This document shows, piece after piece, positions 9,116 to 19,671 of a stretch of 33,865 nt of DNA. The position numbers were made by a program, and so were the translations under genes. The notes beneath the pieces were generated by a model. It saw only the letters and a list, made by a program, of their open reading frames with translations, was not told where the DNA came from and did not search any database. Where the stretch lies: positions 1-33,865 of the forward strand of contig JAUCBJ010005847.1 of the NCBI GenBank assembly GCA_032718475.1, read 5' to 3'. Within the stretch, counting starts at the first letter, position 1, and each line of letters opens with the position of its first letter. Source of the DNA: Nemertoderma westbladi. Its lineage: Eukaryota; Animalia; Xenacoelomorpha.

Positions 9116-11668
9116 TAGTCAGGTCGCTTAACCTCAAAAATAAGGTTAATGTGGACGTTCTGGACAAACTTCCCATAATTGGCATAGGTGTAGGTAATTA
9201 CCATACCTTTTATTTTTTAAGGGGAACCAACTTTGCAACATGATTTATCGGTCCCATATTACCATGATAACAGGAGGTCATTTACAAAAGTCCACTTTCC
9301 AATAAATCTACAGTCTTCTAACCTCGACCTACCCCCCACATATCAGCATCAGATATTCCATTGAGGTCATTTGTAAAACCCGGTTGCCAAGGCAACTGTT
9401 TCAAAAACGAGTTTCAAACGCCGATTTAATGCCGATATCCAAAAAATATAACACCATTGATTAATAATTGTTCCCCATTTGGAAAAATCATCTAACATTA
9501 TAAATATATTATCCCTGAGACTGTCTTGATTTCTAGTAGTGGACCAATTTAAATGGACCTGTGGTAGTAGTCCTGTAACCATGGTCACAAGTCACTAAAT
9601 ATATTGTGCCAAATTTAATATAGTTCTGAACTATCTAAAAAAAATTCAATTTCTATCTAGTGTCTTACATGTTGCCAAGTCCAGACAATTACTTTCCGAC
9701 CATTCAAGTTTGTCTCTGTTGCCATGGTATCCGACAACATTTGGAATATGGACAAAATATTGAAAAAAACATGTTCAATATACTTCAACTTTGATCATAT
9801 GCACACATCTTAGTTCCTCATTACACAGTAGAGGTCTATGACCACTAGAACAGTCAATATAGTTACCATAGCAACGGGTATGTTTCATTATTTATGCACT
9901 TCCGCTTTCTTGAAGTTTTACATAGGAACGACGAATTTACCATAGCAACCTGGATCATATCTTAGCAACGGAGCGTTTTTGACAGTAATAACAAGTTTTT
10001 TTCTTAAAGTGTTACATATGAGAGGCAATACATCCTTAGCAACAGCGATTTTTGCAAAGCTACGATGAATTTTGCTCTGATTTAGTAGATTTTTGCATAA
10101 CGACGAATTTGATATTTATCAAAGCAACATAGTGTTTAGATAACAATTCTAGATAACAATTAATAAATCTATTAAAGTTTTTTGCATTGACATTTGCAAA
10201 GTTCTGTACACCTCCAATTTGCAATTTTGCAAGCATATCTTGTGCCACACCCTTTCTTACTCTTGCAAGCACACTTCACATTGGTCACTCTTATCGCTGG
10301 TACACGATATTCCTGCCTGGTAGGCAGCCCGCTTTATATGTTGCATCAGTGTACCCTTATATTTTCTAATGTTCTATTCTTTTGGCAAAAGTGGACCTTA
10401 ATTAATTCGTTCACATGTTGTAATTCACTGGTCTTATCATAAATTACAACCCAACTGAAAACACTATGTTCTTTTGAACTTTTGAATCTCTATCAAATTC
10501 GACATAGCAGAGCAAAATTCCTCGTAGCTATCAAAAATCGCTGTTACTAAGGATGTATTGCCTCCCATATGCCACACTCTAAGAAAAAACTTGTTATTTC
10601 TGTCAAAAACGCTCCGTTGCTATATATATATTCCAGGTTGCTATGGTAAATTCATCTTTGCTATGTAAAACTTAAAACTATTATACTGATGCAGGCAAGT
10701 TGTTTTTGCTTAGAATACTATGAAAAACTTTATGGTTGCTATGGAAAACCTATGTGGCTATGCAAGTACAGTAAGTAAACATAAATTAATTTTGAAATTT
10801 TTGTCCATAATATATTTCTATATACTTCAGTGTTCATATTTTACAAAATTTGGAGAGATTCCACCTAGCAATTAGTGTAAAAGAGGGAAATCTCCCGTTG
10901 CTATGGTCATGAGTATTTATTTGCATTTAAAAAATAGCTATGATAGACCCCATATATGTATTTTTCAAATCAAGAAAATTATTACCTTCTAAATATGAAA
11001 ATATGAAAAAATAAGAAAGCGGAAGTGCATAAATAATGAAACATACCCGTTGCTATGGTAACTATATTGACTGTGCTAGCGGTCATAGACCTCTACTGTG
11101 TAATGAGGAACTTGGCATCATGTAAGACACTAGTTCCAAAATTGAATTTTTTTTAGATAGTTCGGAACTATATTAAATTCGGCAGAATATATTTAGTGAC
11201 TTGTGACCATGGTTACAGACTACTGTACCACCACAGGTCCATTTAAATTGGTCCACTACTAGAAATCAAGAGGGTCTCAGGGATAATATATTTATAATGT
11301 TAGATGATTTTTCCAAATGGGGAGCAATTATTAATCAATGGTTTTATATTTTTCGGATATTTACTGAAAATCGGCGTTTGAAACTCGTTTTTGAAACAGT
11401 TGCCATGGCAACCGGGTTTCACAAATGACGTCAATGGAATCTCTGATGCTCATATGTGGGGGTAGGTCAAGGTTAGAAGACTGTGGGTTTATTGGAAAGT
11501 GGACTTTTGTAAATGACCTCCTGTTGTCATGGTAATATGGGACCGATAAATAATGTTGCAAAGTTGGTTCCCCTTAAAAAATTAAAGGTATAGTAATTAT
11601 CTACTCCTGTGCCAATTATGGGAAGTTTGTCCAGAACGTTCACATTAACTTGCTAAGCGACCTGACTA
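9116..11668. mobile_element. ~2.55-kb non-autonomous foldback/TIR element with long segmented inverted arms
   Basis: Both ends read TAGTCAGGTCGCTTA inward. About 9116-9680 pairs with 11115-11668, 9811-9912 with 11012-11112, and 9915-10080 with 10508-10672. No transposase is recognisable in the spacer. Confidence 0.9.
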
Positions 11669-11860
11669 TATAGCATATATTTCGATAACAGATTGTTCTG
11701 GTATGTGCTTTAGCAGAAATGCTAACCTGTGTTTGCCGGAATAGTTGTTATCTGTTCCATCAATAGTGTTATTTTAATTATCGGAGACTAAGTCTGACGA
11801 TAAACGATGTAGAAAGGGCGAAGTATAAATGCATTACAGTCTTGTACAGGAGCTCCTATA

Positions 11861-12641
11861 CACCATCTACCTTAATACATCAACCATTTTTAGGGGGTCG
11901 GAGACCCCCACCCCCCCCCCCCCCCCCCCCCCCTATTTTTTTTTCAAATTTCAATTCTATGCTACGAAATTTGGTATGATGATAGTTTGGAATTTTCACC
12001 AACCTACGTCGGCATTATTTTTCGTCTTTGGTACGAATTATAGATATCATTAGAACCGCCTTCATCTGGAGAATCCGAATTGCAAAACGATTTTAAATTT
12101 CACCAACAACTTCCGTAGATATTATGAAAATACTAATGTGTAAATTTTTTAGCGCTAATCGCGTTAATTCTAATGCTTTTTTACTAAATTCTGGAATATT
12201 AATTACGCGTAATCAAGAAATAAGACGAGAGTTTTCAAGGTTCAGCTAAATGATAATTACTATTCTAGAATAAAGACAACAAACCATCAGAATTATAGCG
12301 ATTTACGTCTCTAAATTTACTCATTAATATTTTGATAATATTTAAAACGGTTTTCTTATTCGGAATCTGCAGATGAAGGCGGTTCTAATGATACCCAGAT
12401 TACATTCCAAGACGAAAAATAAAGTCTACGAAGGTGGTGAAACATTGATAAATATACATTTTTTAAGGGCTTGTTGTATAGAAATAACTGAGAAATTGAA
12501 AAATCCGGCCAGGCCACCAGTAAGAAAAGGTGTCGATCTATCATCATACCGAATTTCGTAGCATTTTATTTAAATTTGAAAAAATTAGGGGGGTGGGGGC
12601 TCCGACCCACTAAAAATGGTTGTTGTATTAAGGAAGATGGG
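11861..12641. mobile_element. TA-flanked TIR element (MITE, ~780 bp), possibly Tc1/mariner superfamily
   Basis: TA|CACCATCTACCTTAATACATCAACCATTTTTAG... is mirrored by ...CTAAAAATGGTTGTTGTATTAAGGAAGATGGG|TA. The TIRs extend more than 100 bp and include a C/G tract. Superfamily is inferred only from the TA flanks. Confidence 0.8.
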
Positions 12642-12689
12642 TAAATCTTACAAAACATAAAATGTTCTATCTGGAATGATGTCCTGAAG

Positions 12690-14067
12690 GTGGAAGGAAT
12701 TTCGGTTCTATAAATTTTTATGAAAATTTGCAAAGATATTATCAAAATACCAAGGAGTACATTTTGAGGCGTAAATCGCTATAATTATGTTCTTATTTGT
12801 CTTTATTCTAAAATATTAATTATTTTTTAGTTGATCTAAGCCTAGTGTCTGGATTGACCATGTACATAATGAAACTCGTGCTACTCTCCGCCATATAGCG
12901 TAACCCCTTGACCTCGCCCGTCTGAACTCGATTTACGACCCCACTGCGGGCTACTGGCTTGATGCACTTCCGAGCGTGGCATTGGGCCTGAAGCTAGCCG
13001 ATGCACAATTCCGGATCGCCACTGCCTACCGTTTGGGGACAAAGTCGTAGAACCCCATGACCGCAATTGGTGTGGTAGTTCTGTTGCAGCCAATGGTCTC
13101 CATGGTCTCAATTGCCGCAGGAGTGCATACCGGATCCCTCGTCATACGATGCTCAACGATATTGTTAGGCGGGCACTGGTGAGCTGTGGTATCCCCTCCA
13201 TCCTCGAACCCCCGGGTCTCTGTAGGAACGATGGAAAGAGAGTTGATGGAGTAACTCTCGTCCTATGGAGCAAGGGTCGAACCCTCACCAGGGACACCAC
13301 AGTATTGGACCCTCTGTCTCAAAGTCACCTTCAGTCAACACTCGTTGCGGGCGGCCACACTGCGGAGGGGGCAGAGCGAGGAAAGAACACAACCTACTGT
13401 GAGGTAATGGAGAGGGGCCACATCTTTCATCCTGTGGCCTTTGAGACCCTGCGCCGCCCCGGGCCCGAGACAGCCGTCTTCTTCAGGGAGATAGGTTCTC
13501 ACCTCCATTCAGTGACCCAGTGAGGTCGCCAATGGATCCTGGTGGCCATCTTGGTTGGGAATGCGGCTTCGGTGCTGGCCACTGCTGGCCCATCTCCAGA
13601 TGGGCTCTCTGACGTTTTAGACTAAACTGAAGGGACATAATTAATAATATAATTAGACTGCGACTGCCATACTAATACCCTGCATTTTGTAGGTCTTGAT
13701 TTCTGAATACATTTATATTTAGTTGAGTTTATAAAATTCTTCATCTTGTTTCTGCATTACGCATAATTAATATTTGGGAATTGAGTAAAAAATAGCGATT
13801 TACGTCTCCAAATTTACACTTTAGTATTTTGATAATATCTTTGGCAATTTTTGGTAAAATTTAAAGCGGTTTTCAGATTCGTAATCTGCGCAGATGAAGG
13901 AGGTTCTAATGATATCTGGATTACATTCCTAAGGCGACAGATAAAGCCGACGGAGAGGTTGTTAAATTTTGCCAAATATACGATATTTAGAGGGTTGTTG
14001 TATCGAAATAGTTAAGAAATTGAAAAATCCGTCTCTGCTAGCAGTGAGAAAAGTTATCGATCATACC
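12690..14067. mobile_element. Older, rearranged relative of the 11861-12641 element, split by the CRE-like insertion
   Basis: About 12740-12834 plus 13727-13792 resemble the reverse complement of ~12180-12340. About 13793-14067 resembles ~12295-12550 in direct orientation. Confidence 0.7.
12835..13717 (+). mobile_element. 5'-truncated CRE-like non-LTR retrotransposon (zinc-knuckle remnant plus restriction-like endonuclease), with 9-bp TSD
   Basis: Translation DLARL...AGYWLDALPS...LGL...FRIATAYRLG / frameshift near 13043 / HGLNC..RHTMLNDIVRRAL..GIPSILEP.GL..DGKRVDG..W..G..D..F.PVAFETL...GNA. Flanked by TTTAGTTGA at 12826-12834 and 13718-13726. GC-rich relative to its flanks. Confidence 0.85.
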
Positions 14068-14404
14068 GTAGCGGCTACACAAAGATCATCGAACCTGAAA
14101 GAGGGAAACTGATAGTTTCCGGCTACCAGGCAGACTGCTAGCCATAATTACGAGTGACTGAGCACTCTGTAGTACATACATACCGGTCAGAACACTAATA
14201 GATTCCTTGGCTAAGTTATATCAAAATGTACAAGTTTGCTAGCTGTTACGTTTAGTGTTTGTGTAAAGTGTTCTAGATCCTTTCAGAATAGTTTTTTTAA
14301 ATTATGATCTAGAACAATATAAATTTTGTTCTAGAACATTTTTAAAAAGTGGAAAATTTTTATTTATTTTTTATTGGCACTTGTAAGCAAAATTGTCCCA
14401 AAAT

Positions 14405-14639
14405 TATTGGTGAATGTTATAGAAAATTCGTAGATATGTTTTTTTTTTATGGTAGCTAGTATTTTTTTGAAAATTAAAAAAACTAATATAAACTGTAAAC
14501 TGTTGGTTATCTGTTGTAGTTTAAACCTAAAATATCAATGTTTTCACATTTTTTATAATTTCCATAAATACTAGCTAGTAAATAAACACTAGCTACCATA
14601 AAAAACATATGTACTAATTTTCTAGAACATTCACCAATA
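14405..14639. repeat. AT-rich inverted repeat (MITE-like hairpin)
   Basis: attggtgaatgttatagaaaatt...tatggtagctagt (14405-14460) pairs with actagctaccata...aattttctagaacattcaccaat (14588-14638). Confidence 0.7.
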
Positions 14640-14846
14640 CCAAAAAAGCATATCGTGTCTGTCGGTACTTGCCCCCCCCCCCCCCCCCCTGCTGTACAGC
14701 AGCTGTGTTACAAGAAAGTAATCTTAATTTAGCGATATTTTAAACGCAACTAAATTTACAATGTATGGAATGACCATATTAATTTCAATATTTTGATTTT
14801 CACTTGTCTGCATTGATGGTTGTTTTTAGATTATCTTTCATTTGGT

Positions 14847-14908
14847 GGTCCAGTTCGGTCCAGTTCGGTCCAGTTCGCCACGGTTTCGATCCAGTTCGGA
14901 TCAGATTC
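14847..14908. repeat. 10-bp tandem repeat (GGTCCAGTTC), 3 exact plus ~3 degenerate units
   Basis: Read directly from the sequence. Confidence 0.85.
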
Positions 14909-14924
14909 GTGTAGAGTACTGCAT

Positions 14925-15070
14925 ATTAATGAGATTGCATGAAATTTGAAACACAGATTGTTTCATTCCATCCGTCGATATTGCACCAGTTACACCGCAG
15001 TTTTTCTTCAACCTTATTATAGTGATTTGTTGGTACTGTTAGAAAGCTGGCCGTGCAGACACTAAATTTG
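14925..15070 (+). mobile_element. Diverged fragment related to the arm of the 32562-33469 MITE
   Basis: Shares ttaatgagattgcatgaaatttgaaaca, cgatatt(g/a)caccagttacaccgcagtt and aagctggcc with 32636-32850. Confidence 0.75.
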
Positions 15071-16179
15071 GAAATAAAGTTTCGTTTTTGAGTAAGCATT
15101 GCAGTCTAGTGTTGCTATATCTTTTGAATGTTTCAATCAATTTTGCACAAATTACTTGCAAACATTTTCTACTTCGATGCACTTTCAATACATGTATCAA
15201 AATTTAAGAAATTTCACCAAAAATATTTTATTTTACATATTTCGCAGGGGAAACAATGGAAATCAATGCAATCCTGTAGGTTAGTTTTGTTCCCTAGGGT
15301 AAATAAGTACTCCTATTATCCCGATTTTGGGGTGTATTTGAGCGAAAAAGTATCGATTTATAAATAAAATAAGATATTTAGAATAATTTTAATTTATAAT
15401 TTTAATTTTAGTAGCGTATTGCGCTGGTTCAACCCCCGGTGACGTGCTTCCTCATTTTTTCATTTCTGAACATAACCATAATATTACATCATTAGTCACA
15501 GTTACATTAACAGCTCAACTCTATTTCGTCCAACTAATCGTAAATACATGCTTATCATGGCTATGCCTGGATTCAATTTTAGAAAAAGAATATTATTCGG
15601 ATTTCGTCACAATATGTAAATTTAACTAATTAATACTGTTCCAGTTCAGTTAACTTTACTGTAGCAGATGTCATTATTCACTTAATTTAATGCATCTTTA
15701 ATTAAGGATATTAAGGATATCATATGCTTTGTCTGTTTCTGACCATATGTCGATTTCTATAACTCTTACTTGTACAGCGGAGTCTGTACTTTCCTAATAA
15801 TGCAGCTTCAATGAGTTTTTCGCCTCACTCCGCCTCATTTCAGCTGGCTGCTTAACGCACTTTTTCTCTTCCCTCCTTTCTGCGCACAGAAATGTTAGTA
15901 ATTTCTGCGCTTATAGTTTTATTTGGTCTATATTATTCTAGAACTCATTATGTAAATATTTGTGTTGAAGGGACTACATTGGTTGCCAGTCTAAGCGCGT
16001 AAAGGCTATAAAATGGCGGTATTAACGTTTAGAGCGATATACGGGCCACGGCGCCATTCATACATAACGGATTTTATAAAACCCTTCACGGATAACCGTA
16101 ATGGCTTAAATACAAGGACCTAATCAACAAACTGTATACTGTATACAGCTGATAGTAGGTAAGTAAAAATGCTCCGGGA

Positions 16180-16935
16180 GAGATTACAGGGAAGTAAGTA
16201 TATTGCTCAAATATAGTGCAAATGCTGGTTCTCATTAATGCAATTAGATCAGTTTCGACTGTTCCACAACTATTGAATCCACCAAGGAGACACATTAGCC
16301 CCCTTCTTGATTATTGTGGTGGACTATGTGAGAAAAAGCTGCGCACATCTCTCGATATTAATAGAGCTGATGGGGTGTAAATCTCTCCATCATCTGGTAC
16401 AGTAGTCGTAGTCGTGGGTCCCCAGCAGAAGATCTAACCGATCTTGACTTTGCTTTTGATTTTGGTTTACTGTCAGAAATATTTTTAGGGAGCATTTTGG
16501 TTTGCTTAAAAGGAGGATGCATCCGGCGTGAATAACACGTAGACCAAAAACCTGACAGTAAACATGGATTGGATCACTGGATGGATCACAAGATACCGCC
16601 GGTAAGTCATGTGAAAACTTTTGTTGCCTTGGCTCGTGAATCAAACGTCTGGTGAAGATTTTCGAATTTGCAAATGGAAAGCTTGGTCTGCCATTCAAAA
16701 GATTTCCGGCATCCGGAAGAGGGTGATAGCTCATGTTCTATATAGTTACGCCTTTTCTGCGCAGCCGAAAAACCAGCTATCTGATTGGTACATATACCAG
16801 CGCAAGGTGCACAACGTTGCCTATGATGAACACATAAGCATTGAGGTGTATTACAACTATGGCTACATCTCATTACCAAGTCAACAGCGACAGCATCACC
16901 CTTAGAGCGCCGCCTGAAGCTTGATGTTCTCAAGC
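16180..16935 (+). mobile_element. Second decayed RTE-like non-LTR RT fragment
   Basis: Plus-strand translation across frames gives ILLKY..LINAIRS, QGDTLAPFLIIVVDYV (from 16283), PAEDLTDLDFA, EDFRICKWKAWSAIQKIS and RRLKL. There are many stops and frameshifts. Confidence 0.8.
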
Positions 16936-17247
16936 ATTATCTCAGGTAAAAATCACCTTAATTGTGTTATTGTAAAATTATAAAATTGCTCCTATTATTT
17001 GGTGGTTCAGTTGTGGAAACAACCTTCGGTTGAGATCTTCCAGAAATACACTAGTATACCGTTACACACCAAATCACACTTTAAGTGCGCCTTGTCAAAC
17101 TGTAAAATACCGTAAGCTCCTTTAGAATCGGTAAAATGCCAACTTCACTACATCCTTAAAGGACAAGTCATATGCAACTCAAACTCTAAGCCTAAAATGC
17201 TGAATAAAATATTTGGTGGTTCCTCCAAATACAAAAAATACAAAAAA

Positions 17248-17392
17248 TTGTTGCAAAGTACTTTACCGTGTTCTGATCCTCATGGCTTTATTTTCACTCA
17301 CTCACTAACGTTAACGTTCGTTCGTGTAACAAAGCCACTCGGATCATCACACTGTAAAGTGCTACTTTACACATAAAGTATGTAAATAGTTA
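17248..17392. mobile_element. Short hairpin dispersed repeat, copy 2 (left end truncated)
   Basis: Near-identical to 632-774 in the same orientation, with small indels. Confidence 0.8.
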
Positions 17393-17574
17393 ATACTTAT
17401 TTTATATTTATTTTAATTGTTTTATTATTATTAATAATTACAATACGGATTTGTATAAATGTGGCTTGGGATTGTTTCCGCTCCGGTAAAAGTTGTTTAT
17501 CATAAAACGGGCGCATCATTTTATTCAGTGACAGTGAAGGCCTAGGTGGTGGTTGGTTTTATTAGTTATAGGTG

Positions 17575-17670
17575 TTTGTGATTGGTGGAGTGGCTGGAGT
17601 TGTAGCCATTATTGGCAAGGGAACCTTCTTTGATAAGAATTGGTTGCCAGGGATACATAATAAACAACTT
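17575..17670 (+). promoter_or_regulatory. Candidate ciliary-gene promoter: 3 inverted CCAAT boxes, RFX X-box and forkhead site
   Basis: ATTGG at 17581, 17611 and 17639 (spacing 30 and 28 bp). GTTGCCAGGGATAC at 17643-17656. TAAACA at 17661-17666. The cluster lies 2 kb upstream of a motile-cilia gene whose ATG is preceded by a splice acceptor. Confidence 0.6.
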
Positions 17671-18479
17671 TTAAATCAATTGCTAAGATTCAAATTTCTT
17701 TAACCGTGCTTCAGTTATTTTTGTCCTCCCCATTGAATTTAAATTTAAAAATTAATTATTATGTATTAAAGTGCGCTTTATTCAATAAATGAAAAATCGT
17801 AATCTCTTTATTGTAGAACCAGAAAGTAAATTTAAATGACCTCTGTTTGTATGAGTCGGTTTCTAATTGGTTATAAATAACTAATAAATTTGTTAAATTG
17901 AATAACCTTATTAACATAGCCTTCTTATGAGAACGGTTTTCAGATAACCTGCAAAGTTAGTATTTTATTATATTCTCTAACACTATGAATTACAAAGTAA
18001 TCTCTACCAGTTGTTTATTTAATATTATATTGTCTAAAAGTACACTCGTAACGACCAGAATGTTTGGTATTGTAGGCATACTTTCCGAAACACTTAAGCC
18101 ATTAACAATTACTGTATCCGAAGGCCTATTTATGAATGTTGTTGTCTAATCCCTTATTTCCATCTTTCGTTTTCATTATCGCATGTATTTTTCTTTGGAT
18201 TACCTGTTTACATTCATTGCATTATTGTTGTATTTATAGTTATCTAGCGGTCATCAATATGAAACAGACATACATAATACTGAGTATCTATGAAAAACGT
18301 GGTATTTTTCATAACTTAAAACTTACATTTTACATAATCTACGTTGAAATTACCAGTTACTCTGTTGCACCTCATTGTAACATTGTAAATCACACTTGTA
18401 TAAATTGATGGAATTATAATGTTTTTACTAGTTTTAATGATTTGAGCGATACAATACATTGTATATGATGACCTGAAAT

Positions 18480-18640
18480 TTTGGTTGTATTGTTTAAACC
18501 AAAAGGCGTTTAAATATCATAACGATGTTGTAAATATTTGTTTGGCAATGAATATTGCCAATATGGAACTACCTTTCCAATTATGTAGCTGAGTCAGTAA
18601 ACGTGAAATCTTTTAGTGACAAACTTACAATTGGTTTTCT
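18480..18640 (+). mobile_element. CR1/L2-type LINE ORF2 C-terminal remnant
   Basis: IWNYLSNYVAESVNVKSFSDKL resembles the WNxLPxxVVxxxSVxxFKxKL tail of CR1/L2 ORF2. Confidence 0.55.
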
Positions 18641-19639
18641 ACTAAATTTAATGTTTTTTTCACTAAATTTATGTCACAAATATATTTGCCCATCAGATAT
18701 TAATTGTTTTTTTTTGTGGATTTTTTATTTATTGGGCTGCGACATAGCCTACTAGATAATGGGCTGCGACCACTATGAATGCATTTCGCCTTTCATATTA
18801 TCTCCCCCCTCCAGTTTATAACTTTTTCTTTGCCAAGGATAGTTTTGAAGTGCTAAGTGTAAGAAAGATTAATAATTAACAATTACGCTACAGTTGGTGT
18901 ACTAACTGCAATTAATTGCATAAAAAGGAAAAGACTAATTTCATTAATATTCACAAACATTACAAAATTAAAGCAAATAAATAAGCATTCAGAATACCGA
19001 TAAGTTTACAAAATATAATGTAACAAAAAACTTGCGTACACCATTGTGTGAAAGGGGGACAATTCTTTAGCAAACACCCCTCGTTGCGCTAGCTCAGTAC
19101 GGTACGTAAATACTTTCAGTTTTCAAACAAGAATGTAAATTAATATTGTTATTTTAATTTAATTCATTACATGCTTCATTGCTTCGCTTTTTTTTGAAGT
19201 GAAGAACAACAAAAGAGTGATTGTCAAAAGGGGGATTATTTTACAATTTGATCATTTTACCCTTGATTTGTTGTAATTATAATAATTTTATGATTTTAAA
19301 TATTGATTGGTGGTAATACGGTGCAAATTCATAATAGTTTACAATAATAATGTAAATAACTAGTTTACAAAACAATAGTCATTAAATGACAAAGTCATAA
19401 AAAAAATCGATCTATATTTGCGAAAACATTTTGATGTTTCCAATTAAGAATTGTTGCTAATTAAATTGTAAAATAGTTTTAATATTATTTTGGTTTAAAA
19501 TAACAACACGCAGTGAGGGGGAGTTCTTGTAAATGTGGAATCTTTGACTTTTTGTTTTTTACTCATCACAGACGTTAACATTTTTATTGTTATCAGATTT
19601 AACTAGACAGTTAAATTAATTAGAATCAACGATTTACAA

Positions 19640-19660
19640 TTCTTATTTTCCTTATTTCAG
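19640..19660 (+). other. Splice acceptor of a putative 5'-UTR intron, 11 nt before the CFAP47 ATG
   Basis: Polypyrimidine tract plus CAG: ttcttattttccttatttcag|gaactactataATG. Confidence 0.7.
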
Positions 19661-19671
19661 GAACTACTATA

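Noticed and set aside
13149-13523. 124-aa ORF as an independent gene
   Set aside because: It is part of a frameshifted, truncated retrotransposon endonuclease region.
15410-15450. B-box-like GGTTCAACCCC suggesting a tRNA or SINE
   Set aside because: No convincing A box or cloverleaf, and no second copy in the window.
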